NCBI RefSeq assembly: GCF_006345805.1
Contig: NC_042997.1
Location: 184,946,001-185,010,000 of the forward strand
Direction of reading: 5' to 3'
DNA from: Octopus sinensis
Taxonomy: Eukaryota
Length of the DNA: 64,000 nt
In this document: piece after piece, positions 39,034 through 51,700 of the stretch
How positions within the stretch are numbered: position 1 is the stretch's first letter
Layout: every line of letters begins with the position of its first letter
Translations under genes and position numbers: made by a program
Notes under the pieces: model-generated
What the model was told of the DNA's origin: nothing
Databases searched by the model: none
The model's input: the letters and a program-made list of their open reading frames with translations, nothing else

Positions 39034-39199
39034 ATAAATATGTATGTATGTATGTATGCATGCATCCATGCATACAAACATACAACTAGATATTCTACAC
39101 ATTGAGTGAAAAGTAATGGAAGAGTGCGTAGTGTTATTTTAAATAGTATTCTAAAAGTGTATCAAAAACACAACAAACGAAAATTTGATTGTTAATTCC

Positions 39200-40058
39200 T
39201 CATAAGTCAATTTCTTTATTAACCATGAGGTTGAGAAAAAGAGGGAACGATACGAGGACAGACAAATGAAACATTGGTGTCAGGGTATCGAATTAGATGA
39301 ATAAACAAACAATTAAAATATATACAACTAAATAAGAATGAGTGATTTACAAAGAGTGAAGCGGGGGACGCAGTCGACCCCACAAACCACATACTCACAC
39401 TGAAGACTTTGCTTTCTCCTTTTTATATTCTCGCTTAGACAGGTTCTTTCACTCGCAACATACTTGCTATGGACTTCCATCTTTTACGAAACACACTTTG
39501 CGACAGGCATTTCTTCTCCAGCCTTATTTTCTGTTTCATGTGGAAAACGAAAAAATCGATTAGCTCGAGACTGGAGATGAACATGCCCGTTACAATTCCT
39601 TTCACTCTCGTCTTCCATACTACATCTTTCGCTACAGGAACTACCGAGAGGAAACAGGCTTGCTGCTCCCTATTGAGGGAGGGCGGCGGAACGATCTTAA
39701 TTACAGATTCGCTCGACAGTTGTACTCTTCTCGAATGCGACAGCAGGTCTTCGACATAAGCCCAGAGCTTAGTCTTCTTGGGGCATTGCACAATCGCGTG
39801 AAGGACAGTTTCACTATCCTGCTCGCATCTTGCACAAATCGGCGAAAGCGCACACCCATGTCTAAAGAGCTTATCTCGAACTGGTAAACCTCCTCTGTAA
39901 CATTGCCAGGCCAGGGACTTTTGATAATTATCCATAGGCCCCGGCCCGAATGTTCTTTGGAACAGGTTGGCCAGTTGATCTTCGTCGAAGCCTAGGTTTT
40001 CTCCATCGGCCAAAACATCACATCTGTAATACCACACATTTCTTATTGTTTTACTCAT
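39200..40058 (-). pseudogene. L1/Tx1-type LINE ORF2 C-terminus (CCHC zinc knuckle) plus 3' UTR
   Basis: KSLAWQCYRGGLPVRDKL..CARC..ETVLHAIVQC matches the zf-RVT region; aataaa on the minus strand near 39215. Confidence 0.8.
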
Positions 40059-41435
40059 TCTTTAGGATATTTAGTTGAACATTTTTGCGACGTCTATTTC
40101 CGTCTCTTCTTCCATTTCTGACTCTCTTCTGCCTTCCTCCTTTTCTCTTTCTGTCTTCTCCCTCTCTCTTTCCCTCTCTAACACTTTCCTCTGTGTTACT
40201 TCTCTCCCTCTGCTCTCCACCACTTTTCTGTCTCCTCCCACTACCACGTGACCCGTGACCATTCACATATTTATCGTCCATTTCCTCTTTTCGCCTCGGC
40301 TTTGACTCGGCCAGTCACGCTTGTCTCTGCTCCTCCACATTTTTCATATGGGTTGTTTCTGCCCCCTACGTTTTTATTTTGTGTACTGAGCACATTTCAA
40401 CTAACCATTACTCATTCATTCTCCCTGCATAAGTGCTTGTGTGCGCGGCACGTGAGTATGTACGTAAATAGGTATGCATATGTGCTTTTGTATCTCGCAG
40501 ATTTCAAACCGGTAAATAACAACGAGAAAAGTTTCTTTCCAAATCCAATTTGTCTGAGAGACAATATGATTTAAAGTGTGCATATATTAATAGTCAAGGG
40601 AGTTCCAGGTATTTGTGGATATATGAGATTATATGAGCATATATGAAAATCAAGTCAGTTTTAGTTATGTGTAACTATGAGAGCTAGTGTGTTCATATAT
40701 GTAGATCAAGTCAGTTCTAGGTATTTGTGAATACATTAGTTAAATGGGTGATTGCTTTTTATGTATATGTGTATGTACTTACCATATACACACCAGTGGT
40801 TCTATGTTTACGATGATTCAAGGAAACTTCGATGGAAAATATTTGGAATACATATCATAAATTTTTACTAAATGTTCAATTTTCAAAATGCATGTCTAGC
40901 TTTTCTAGATTTTTGTACGTATCTTTTGTTACATAGCGCAGTGAATAATAGTTACAAATAAGAATTTATAGCCTGAATACATGAACTAAAAGTTCTGAAT
41001 TTATTCAGCTTCGGCGTTCTGTTTCTCTACAATTTTAAAGGAAACACTGACATTCCATACGTAGCCTGCACGACTTTTCCATACGTGCACTACTTTGTTC
41101 TCTGACTCACAAAATATGAGATCCGATATGTTTTTACCGAATTATTGTTTTTATCAGAATTTTGCATCGGTTTATCTTATTTTTAAAGTGGATACAATTT
41201 AGATTTAGTGTGCATTTTACAATTCTTCCTGTAGATAGATTCGTTTTAGCAATAATGCTACGTCTGATGAGAGAATGTAATATCTTGCGGACATGCTTTG
41301 GTTACCGCTTATAATATGAAGGATATCTTCCACTTCTGTGGTAAATCAATATTTTATGTCACATGCAGGTTTAGAGACATCTTTATCTCAAATATCTGTC
41401 ACTTCTTTAGTAACTATCTTCAGTATACACGTATT

Positions 41436-41496
<61 letters not shown>

Positions 41497-41498
<2 letters not shown>

Positions 41499-41898
41499 TC
41501 TTTACTCTTTACTTGTTTCAGTCATGTGACTGTGGCCATGCTGGAGCACCGCCTTTAGTCGATCAAATCGACACCAGGACTTATTCTTTGTAAGCCTAGT
41601 ACTTATTTTATCGGTCTCTTTTTTGCCGAACCGCTAAGTTACGGGGACGTAAACACATCAGTTGTCAAGCGATGTTGTGGGGACAAACACAGACACGCAA
41701 ACACGCACATACACACACATATATATATACATATATACGACGGGCTTCTTTCAGTTTCCGTCTACCAAACCCACTAACAAGGCTTTGGTCGGCCCGAGGC
41801 TATAGTAGAAGACACCCAAGGTGCCACGCAGTGGGACTGAACCCGGAACCATGTGGTTCGTAAGCAAGCTACTTACCACACAGCCACTCCTACGCCTA
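41497..41898 (-). mobile_element. SINE family B between (TA)n tracts
   Basis: Consensus match. Confidence 0.88.
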
Positions 41899-41919
41899 TA
41901 TATATATATATATATATAT

Positions 41920-41970
<51 letters not shown>

Positions 41971-42781
41971 AGTATTAAAGTATGTATGCGTGTGTCTATG
42001 TAAGTATGTATATATACGGATGTATGTATGTGTCGATGTTTCTATATACGTATGCATATCATAAAGCAGCAATTTCTACGCATATATGTAAGTGTATATG
42101 GATGTATCTACGCTATTATAAAACGGTGATGTCAAATAAAAAATTTGCATTTAGTATAAATTGATATTTACTGTTGTTATTCATAGTATTGAAATTACAT
42201 AACTTTGTCATCCTGAGATGACATCTGTGCAATGAAGTTTTATTATGCATTTCTGATAGTCATCTTATATACGAGGTTAAGGATAAAGATGGTTATTTAA
42301 ACTTAGAATCGGAAAGCAATAAAATGCACATACCATAAAGTATGTATTTCCGATATATTTTATTATTATTTTGTAGGAGTGTGACAGACAACGCCCATGC
42401 AAAATTATACTGAAGTAGGGAAATTGATAAATTTAAAGGTTGAGCTGGGATTTTAGTTGCTTAGTGTCAATATGAAAGTTGTGAGCGTAGACGAGATTTC
42501 AGTCAGCAGTGAAGCTAGAAAGAAATGCTTGGATAATGAAACAGTCAAGATGACAACTGGACGATGAAATATGTATTGGTTGGTTCTTGAAGAGATGCGA
42601 TAAGCATTTAACTTTTACGGAGAAGACGCCTTAGTTTCATTAGTGGCCAAAGTACAAAGAGAACAGTGCGTATGTGTGAACCGGTGGGTATGCTATATTG
42701 GTTAGTGGGTATTTTCCAATTAGCCAATTGATATATTTTCGATGTGCTGTCGGGTATTTGCATCAGTATCATCTTCTCAAA

Positions 42782-43171
42782 TCTCTCTATATATAAAGCT
42801 GAAGTTGTCATCGTGGCAAGTTTGGTAGCCTTCAACTAACACTATCTCCTCCGAGACCCTGCGGCGCAAGTTGACCAAAATTGAGTGTAGGATAGAAGAA
42901 GGCTTGCTCTTCATTCCGTAGAAGATAGAATTTAAATCGGACCATGTTAAGACCAAAAATTATTTACATCAAAAAGGTGCTTATTTTGTATGAAAATCCC
43001 TATTTTTTACGATTTTTTGACTGCTGTGTCGCCATTTTTCGGTGTATTTCAACCGGAAAAATGTTCGCTTAAAGAGAACAACAAGCTACATAATGCAAAA
43101 TTTTTACTTTTAAAAAGTTCCAGTTCTAAAGGTTCGAATCAAACCCGAGCAACGCCGGGCGATACTGCCAG
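42782..43171 (+). mobile_element. Non-autonomous Helitron, related subfamily
   Basis: A|TC..tatatataaagctgaagttgtc start; same 3' hairpin, ending CCAG|T. Confidence 0.75.
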
Positions 43172-43708
43172 TAGATGATATAAGTGAAAATGATATCATT
43201 GGTCAAAGCTGAATTAGTTTTTAACTTTGATAAGAGATCCTACCAATGTTTTACATGTATCGTCCTCAAAAGAGATCATCATTGATTGTGAGATGTAATA
43301 TTTATTGGAAATTATGGGGGGATGGGGTCTAGTAAAGTTTTTTTTTTTGTGATGTTGCTTAGGCGTAAGTTGGAATCTGTGCAAAGCTGTTCTATTTACG
43401 TTTGTGCTGTTGAATTTTCTAGATATGGTTTGTGTATTTAATAAATTCTGTAACTGCAGAATATTTCACAGAATACTCACAATCAGTTTGCTATTCATTT
43501 ATACTTTGTAGAACACATACAAATTAAATTGTATTTCACTTTTCGATTTAAATTTATTTATAGAATTAATTAACTAATTGAATAGAGAATGCGTGTCTTT
43601 TTGTCAAAGTGTGGATGCTGGCAAAGAAAAAACAACACAAAACAAAACAAAAAACATTATAGGAAAAATTTACAAACGAGATAATCTTTTAAAGAAGCCT
43701 TTGTCATA

Positions 43709-43885
43709 TCTCTTATATAAAATCCGTTCTGTCTGTCTCTGTGGGTGTCTTCTAGGATCTCGGGCATCCTCCGTCAGATTGCGCTCAAATTTGATATGTA
43801 GATACCGACAGTATCAGGGCGTGTATAAGTCTTGAAAAAATTACAAAAATCGATTCCAGGTGAGAATGCGATCGATAGAGCCGTT
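43709..43885 (+). mobile_element. Probable Helitron 5' fragment
   Basis: A|TCtcttatataaaa..ctgtctgtc start; no 3' end seen. Confidence 0.45.
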
Positions 43886-45226
43886 TTTATCCTGCTTTTC
43901 TTCCGTCAACCTGTACATAACTGCACCTTCCATCTTTGTTGTTGTTTTTGTACTGCTTAAAGGCATGTTTCTTTCCTGCCAAGCTTACTGTTTAAACCAT
44001 GTTTGCGTTCTCCCAGTCAACTGCCTTATCATTACAGCTACTTTAAACTCTTCGGTTGCATATTTGTGTGAATAAAATCGTTTTTCTTTGGAATAGAAAG
44101 AAAGTCTATCTTTATCTCTTCTTTTGCTGGTGTTTCAAATTTAGGCTAAATCAGTGTTTCTCAAGGGGTGGGGTCTATGGGACGGTCGGGCAAGTTGTTT
44201 TGAGAAAATTTGGATTAAATGTTTGACAACTCAGCACCGTCCATTGGACGGAGGCGTTTTGCTCGTACACAATATGTACACATCCTTTATTTGCTTAAAT
44301 CCATTTCTAATAGAAATTTAAATACTGATTTTAGACGTGGAAATATTCTTGCATTAACTTAGATGTTATTAATAGAGAATTGGTCAGAATAAGGTGTACA
44401 GGTTTGTTGGTTGATAGAACATAGTTTATGTTGTGTATATTTATCATTTAATCCTACGAAGAGCCATTAAGTCTCTACTGTACATTAGGAGCGTAGGTTG
44501 ACGAATGGTACAAAGCAACATTAAGTTTTCTCTGTTTATGCTTTCATTTCAAAATGCTTCTGGCTTTCATTCCATTTTTCAATTCCTATGGGTGTCTATA
44601 AAACAACGACTACTCTTGGGCTGGGATTTAATTCAGTCAATCGGCTACGCCCTCCCCACCTTATAGATAAGTGACCTCCCAGCATTTTAAGATATGAAGC
44701 TACATTAATACATTAATACATCAGCATAAATGTCACTATTTGCATTATCTGTCAATGGAAATAGAAGATTAAAAATAGAACAGTAGAAAAATAAAAGATG
44801 GACATTATTTCTGATATGAATGGCTGAAATATTATACCATTGATGCTAAATGTATGTAACAATTCACCTATCGTAAAATTAGTTTAAAACAAACGTTGCT
44901 AGATGTTCACATGCGTAAGTTAATCCACAAAACAGTATACACATAAACACAAAGGTTTGTTAAACATACACATACACAAATCAACAAGTTTCATGTGATA
45001 ATATTCCTGTATACAAACAACGCATTGTATATATATATATATATAATGACATATTTAAACGAAACATCAGCGATTTCAATCTTTAAAGTAAATTTTTTTC
45101 TCTTTCACTCTATCACGAAATACGGTCTAATCTAATGAATAAAATAGCTAAACAGTTGCTGTCGGGTATTTTAAGTTAAAATTATGATAACGATTATCAG
45201 CAGGTAAGATCATTCACACGAATATA

Positions 45227-45285
<59 letters not shown>

Positions 45286-45369
45286 TGTGTGTGTGTGCGT
45301 GTGCGCGTATGTATATACTATACATGTGTGTATATTAGTATAATCTATATAAAGCAAAAGAAGGAGATG

Positions 45370-45407
<38 letters not shown>

Positions 45408-45913
45408 CATATACATACATACACACATACACACACATATATATATATACTCCTACATATACATATATCTATCGATTTATGTATGTATGTATGTATGTAT
45501 GTATCTATATATATATATCCAGTACACATAAACTCATACGCACGCGTCACATATATTTATTGATAATATTAATTTGATTGAGACTTCATATGTCGCCATT
45601 AATGGCTTATTCAACCGAAATGGCACCAAGTTGACAGGTAGAATACAATATTACAGCCAAGTCAAATCAATATTATCAACGAATTTCACTTTAGTAAATA
45701 CGTGGAGTCCCACCACGAACAATTATGCTTTTATTGTTCACAACAAATTGATCAACATTAGCAAATAATACAAATATACATCTTCTATATGAGTATATTA
45801 ATGTATATTGATATACTATATTATATATGTCACATAAACGCACACACATACACACATATATATACATGTGTTTATACGTGTGCTTGTATACATATATATC
45901 AATATATAGATAT

Positions 45914-46057
45914 ATATAAGTACTCAGCTGTGTATATGTCTGTGTGTGCATGTGTGTGTATGCATATGTATATATTTACATATATACATACATATACATA
46001 TATATATATATATATGTATATATATATGTATGCATATGTATATATTTACATATATAC

Positions 46058-46133
<76 letters not shown>

Positions 46134-46218
46134 TGTATATGTATGTATATATGTAAATATATACATATGCATACACACACATGCACACACAGACATATAC
46201 ATAGCTGAGTACTTATAT
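45914..46218. repeat. Inverted repeat (~84-bp arms) centred on (TA)n
   Basis: atataagtactcagctgtgtatatgtctg versus cagacatatacatagctgagtacttatat; the same peptide appears on both strands in the ORF track. Confidence 0.85.
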
Positions 46219-46295
46219 GTAATTTCCTGACAGCGTTTATATATACTTTCGACTAATAATTATATCAAGTAGATGTATGTCACACACACTTACCA

Positions 46296-46350
<55 letters not shown>

Positions 46351-46510
46351 CAGACATATATATTTCGATTTTGGGTTTGGTTTGCAAGATTCTTTATATG
46401 AGTTCGTGTGTTGAAGCATATTATAAAAATATGAAATAAGTGGAAATTTTACCGGTGAGTGTGTTACATTATAAGGCACAAAAAGAAAATTACTCTCCCC
46501 AGACACAACA

Positions 46511-46610
<100 letters not shown>

Positions 46611-46820
46611 CATATATGTATATACACATATATATATGTATGTATAAATATTTATTATATATTATATACATATATGTATAAATATGTATGGAATAGTTAG
46701 TATGAAGTATTATGTGGAATGTATTATGTAAAATTTGTGGGTGAGGCCGGAACAATGTGAAATAAATCCAAGGTAAATCACAAGAAAGCAGGCATATGAA
46801 TTAATGGTGACTTACCTTGC

Positions 46821-46858
46821 ATTCAATATTTCAGGGTTATGACCCCCTCTTCAGGAAT
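46821..46858 (-). ncRNA. Minimal type-I hammerhead motif (H4), canonical core
   Basis: ATTC-CTGAAGA-GGGG gtcataa CCCT-GAA-ATAT-T-GAAT. Confidence 0.78.
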
Positions 46859-47326
46859 TAGCGAATGTTGCAGATCTACATGTGTGTGAGGATGTGGGGA
46901 GTAGACATGCGCAGAAGGTTGTTGTCATAGCAACCAGCTAGCTTCATGTAACTCTTATGTAGTTGATAGTTGGCTTCCGTTTGTGTATTAGTATGGCTTC
47001 GGAGATTCTAAGGTTGCCACTGTTGTGCTGTGTTGCCCTGATGTACACTGTGAACTCTCAGGTCTGGGATTGTCGTAAATGTTTTTTCACGGAAGTGTCT
47101 GTCTGCGTACAAAAATACCAGACCCGAGAGTTCACAGTGCACACCAGGGCAACACAGCACAACAGAGGCCACCATAGAATCTCAGAGGCCATATTAATAC
47201 ACCAACGGAAGCCGATTGTCAACAACAGAAGAGAGTTGAATGAAGCTAGCCGGTTGATATGGCAACAACCGTCTGTGCATGTCTATTCCCCACTCTCACA
47301 CACATGCAGATCTGCAAAATTCCCTA

Positions 47327-47364
47327 ATTCCTGAAGTGGGGGTCATAACTCTGAAATAGTGAAT
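47327..47364 (+). ncRNA. Hammerhead motif H4, decayed copy
   Basis: ATTC-CTGAAGT-GGGG gtcataa CTCT-GAA-ATAG-T-GAAT. Confidence 0.55.
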
Positions 47365-47967
47365 GCAAGGTAAGTCACCATTAATTCATATACCTGTTTT
47401 CTTGAAAATTACCGTGGATTTATTTCACATTGTTCCGGCCGTACCCACAAATAAATATATATATATTTATATGCACATATACATATGCAGTCATGGCAGT
47501 GTGCTTAGAGAGTTTTGTTTGCAACCATGTGGCTTCTGATTAACTCTCTCATTGCAGGTCAAATTAGGAGAGTTACTTGTCATACAGAATCGGGCTAACC
47601 AATGCCTACTAAGTGAATTTGGTATGTGGAAACTGTCCGCAATCCTGTCGTACATATGTATATATGCATGCAGATGAGCCTGGATATGTGTGTGGGCGTG
47701 TGTGAGTGTTTGTATGTTTGTGCCTGTATCCTAACATTTTGAACCGATTTTGCATTATGCGCACTCCTGTAATTTTGCGTTTCGTCAAAAAAAGACGGTA
47801 CAATAATTATGAAACTTAAAAGGTGGTACCCCAGATTGACTGCAGTTCTGTTGTGGACAGTACAAGTATGTAATATAAAACAGGACAAAATTTGCAGTGA
47901 CTTAAAGTGGCAAATCGGTAACAAAACAGATTGTAATAAAAAGTATCAATAAATAATAAAAGACAAT

Positions 47968-48155
47968 TAAGAGGTACGTTCAGAAAGTAACCGACTTTAT
48001 TTTTTCCTGCCAAAACTAATGCCGTGTGGACAAAATTTCTTAAGTAGAAGGTGTCACCAGCCTTCCTGCACTTGTGTGAAAACTTTTCTTCCGATAGTTC
48101 GCGCTTGTCGGATTTTCGTCTTCAGGCAAGATGACCGAACACATCAAGCAAAGAC
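47968..48155 (+). mobile_element. Possible mariner 5' end remnant
   Basis: TIR-like gaggtacgttcagaaagtaaccgact; atgaccgaacacatcaagcaaaga reads MTEHIKQR, similar to mariner N-termini. Confidence 0.4.
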
Positions 48156-48549
48156 CAGAAACAATCGGGAGCTAAAAGTTTTAGCGCATGCGCAGGAAGA
48201 GTAACATCACGTCTCAACCTAAGGTTTTTGCCCAAGTGGAATTAGTTTTGGTCAGAAAATATAAAGTCGGAGTGTTTTTGAAACACCTCGTAGAAATAAT
48301 TCCAACAGCTAATTTCCCAATCCAGGAGAAACAAATACAGAAATATTTGCCGTCAGTCAGTCTACATCTGCATGGGTACTGTGTACATATTTAGTCAGGT
48401 CAATGAGGGCGCTCTCAACGAGGAAGACGCTGATTGTATAAACGCGTCTTAAAAGTGGTGAAGGTTATAAAACTGAAGCGAATAGGTCCTCGTGCAAACC
48501 AAAATTTCATTCAATAAAAAATGAAAGCAAGAAGGGAAACTACGAGGTG

Positions 48550-48581
<32 letters not shown>

Positions 48582-48664
48582 AGAGAAGGACAAAGAGGGA
48601 AGAGACACGGAGGGAGAGGGAGAAAGAGAGAAAGAGTGAAAGAGAGAGAGAGAGAAAGATAGAG

Positions 48665-48716
<52 letters not shown>

Positions 48717-49397
48717 AGGGAAAAACAAACAAGAACTCTGAATGTCGATGTCTGTACGCTCGTTGAATTTGTTATTTGCTTCCTTTAACTAAATATCTGA
48801 GGATTTTACTCATATTAAAGTGTTAATTCTTAGTAGCTTTTTATTTTCTCGCTTTATTTTAAATTCGGTTGAAGGTACCTTAAAATTATTTCAGTATTAG
48901 TTCACTTTAAATTCGATTACTGTAAATGTCTAAATGTCTGAAAGTTACTAATGAGATTATAAATTTTCCGATATTTTATCTTTTTTTTTATGTATACTAT
49001 CTGAAACTATTTTTCTCTATCAGTATTTACGTCTATGTAAGGTTTGAATTAGTTTGATCACTAAGCGACATCAGGTGACATGTTATTGTTACTACGTACA
49101 CATCCCCGAAATAAACACATCGATATGTAGCAGAAATTTCATGTGGAAAAAACATGATGTTAACGAAGCAAAAGTAATAACTGCTTTAAAATGAATTCAT
49201 ACTTGGAAATTTTCCATCGGGTTCTGCAAAAATGTGAATGGCAATAAATTTTATTCGTTCGTTCAAACACACACGCACACAAATATATACCTATGTATGT
49301 ATGTATGTATGTATGTATGTATGTATGTATGTATGTATAAATGCATGTACGTATATATATATATATATACATGTATGTATGTATGTATGTATGTATG

Positions 49398-49435
<38 letters not shown>

Positions 49436-49459
49436 CATAACATATCTGTAAATAAACCT

Positions 49460-50345
49460 CAAATCCCGAGGAAAAGGAAGGTCTGTTGAAGATTTGGAAA
49501 GACCTCAAATAAAAGCACAGCGGCCTCAGCAGGACAGAATATTTAAAGAAAAGAAGATTTAAACGGAATAAAGAGCAGAACCGGTTCTTCAGTGAGCCAT
49601 TCAAATACGCTAGGAGCTTCTTTGATCAATTCCAGTTATGTGTACTGGAAAGAGTTTCCAGTCGAGAAAGAGTTTCTTGAAGCTCACCCGAGGAAGACGT
49701 ATTCCGACCCTAAATGACAACAAACAAGTGACCATAATTTGGTGTGGCCAAGTCGTCATGGGGTGGAATTCAACAAGCCTCCAACATGTGCTGAAGTCAG
49801 GAAAGTTGTCAATAAAGCAAGGAACAAGTCATCTCCAGGACGAATGGCGTGCCATATCTCTTGTATAAGAAATGCCCAAAGGTTCTGAAATGGTTGTATA
49901 AAAGATTAGCACTGGGTTGGAAGAATAAGATGGTTCTTAGTCAATGGATGAAGGCAGATGAAAGCAGATGAACAAGACTCAAAAGGAATCTACCATTTCC
50001 GACCAATTTCACTACTGAATTTCGAAGGGATGATATTCTTCTCGATAATGGCTCTCAGACTGACCAATTATCTGCTCCATAACAGCTATGTAGACACAAC
50101 TGTTCAGAAGGTTGGTGTACCAGGGAGAGCTGGATGCTTTGAATATGGAAGCATGATCTGGAAAGCTATTCAGGTGGCAAGGGAGAACTATACTGACCTT
50201 CATGTAGTCTGGTTAGTTCTAGCAAACGCATATCGCTATGTGCCTCATCAGATGGTTCAACAAGCACTCTAGATGTATCATGTACCAGGAGCAATACGCA
50301 AAATGCTTCTCGGGGTTTCAGATGCGGTTCAGTACCAAGAGATAG
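49460..50345 (+). pseudogene. HERO/R2-group non-LTR retrotransposon RT fragment, frameshifted
   Basis: FRPISLLNFEGMIFFS..RLTNYL..NSYVDTTVQK.G.PG.AGCFE...IW.AIQ...DLHVVWL.LANAY..VPH; upstream EEKEGL.. and RFFSEPFKY. Confidence 0.82.
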
Positions 50346-50347
50346 GG

Positions 50348-51308
50348 TTTGGTCCGTATAGCATTTGCAAGGGAGATCATCCCACCCATCTCTAGCCTTA
50401 TGCGATACTCACAGACTTAAGTTTCCGGTTGTTATCTGCCCTCAGTGTGAAACAACCACAAGTTGTGACGAAAGTACTCTCCACTAACTTGTGGTTGTCT
50501 CACACTGTGGACGAATAACATCCAGAAACCTAAGTTTGTGAGTATCGTGTAAGGCTAGAGGTGGGAGCGATGACCTCCCTTGCAAATACTATACGGACAC
50601 AAACTGTGTGTCGATAGCCAGCCGGAAAAAAAGTTTTCTTGGTGCTAAAACAACAGTAGCATCGTCCTTTATAGGACTGCTACATTCTGTTGGCATATAA
50701 ACATTACTATCCGGTACTGTTACTGCGTGTCTCTTTCTCAGAGATTTAAAACAAGTTGTTTTTCTTTACACGAGATCAGTGTCTGCGTATCACTTAAAAT
50801 ATATATAGTATTTACAAGTGGTGAGAGCTTTCGTCGCTAGTTTATGGTTGTCTCACACTGAAGACGAATAACATCTAGAAACCTAGGTCTGTGAGTATCA
50901 ATTAAGGCTTATTTTCATATTTTCCAGATGGCCGATCGCTTGACTGTTCAGCAGCGAGCTGAGACAATAGCTCGCTATGAAGTGTGGAATTCTAGTGTGA
51001 GACAGTTACAAATCATTGGAGAAAGCGTTCATCACTAGCTTGGGAAAGCGTTGTCCACTGAGGACGAATAACATCCCAAAACCTAGGTCTGTAGGTACAA
51101 CGTAAGGCTAGAGATGGGAGCGACGACCTCCTTTGCAAATGTTATACGGACACAAACTGTGTGTCGATAGCCAGCTGGAAAAGATGTTTTCCTGGGGCTA
51201 AAACAACAGTAATATCGTCATTTACAGGACTGCCACATTCTGTTGGCATATAAACATTTCTGTCCTGTACTTCTACTGTATATCTCTCGCCCAGAAATTA
51301 AAAGCAAG

Positions 51309-51310
<2 letters not shown>
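50348..51310. mobile_element. HHR-bearing element H5: fold-back plus tandem copies ending in (TA)n
   Basis: Inverted arms 50348-50464 and 50487-50604; HHR motifs at 50410-50449 (-), 50501-50540, 50854-50893 and 51054-51093 (+). Confidence 0.82.
50854..50893 (+). ncRNA. Minimal type-I hammerhead motif (H5), best-core copy
   Basis: CACA-CTGAAGA-CGAAT aac ATCTA-GAA-ACCTAGGT-C-TGTG; stem II weak here, four-copy consensus CGGAT/ATCCG. Confidence 0.72.
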
Positions 51311-51356
<46 letters not shown>

Positions 51357-51359
<3 letters not shown>

Positions 51360-51684
51360 CGCAGGAGTGGCTGTGTGGTAATTAGCTTGCTTACCAACCA
51401 CATGGTAGACGGAAACTGAAAGAAGCCCGTCGTATATATGTATATGTATATATATATATTTATATGTGTGTGTTTGTGTGTCTGTGTTTGTGCCTCCAAC
51501 ATCGCTTGACAACCGATGCTGGTGTGTTTACGTCCCCGTAACTTAGTCGTTCGGCAAAAGAGACCGATAGAATAAGTACTAGGCTTACAAAGAATAAGTC
51601 CTGGGGGTCTATTTGCTCGACTAAAGGCGGTGCTCCAGCATGGCCACAGTCAAATGACCGAAACAAGTAAAAGAGTGAAAGAGC
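51357..51684 (+). mobile_element. SINE family B with internal deletion
   Basis: Consensus match. Confidence 0.85.
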
Positions 51685-51700
51685 ATATATTACATACATA

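Larger units (their letters stand above)
46733..47452. mobile_element. Penelope-like 3' end (H4) as a diverged inverted repeat, one HHR motif per arm
   Basis: Arms about 46733-47067 and 47118-47452; right arm encodes HRISEAILIHQRKPIVN (GIY-YIG tail R.I.EA..I....P..N); TA-rich flanks. Confidence 0.82.

Noticed and set aside
41263-41295. CTGATGA-GAGA..TCTT
   Set aside because: The GAA element and stem I are missing.
44151-44165. hAT-like TIR start cagtgtttctcaa
   Set aside because: No matching second TIR or TSD found.
48184-48193. Perfect NRF1 palindrome gcgcatgcgc
   Set aside because: A single motif next to a transposon remnant; insufficient to call a promoter.
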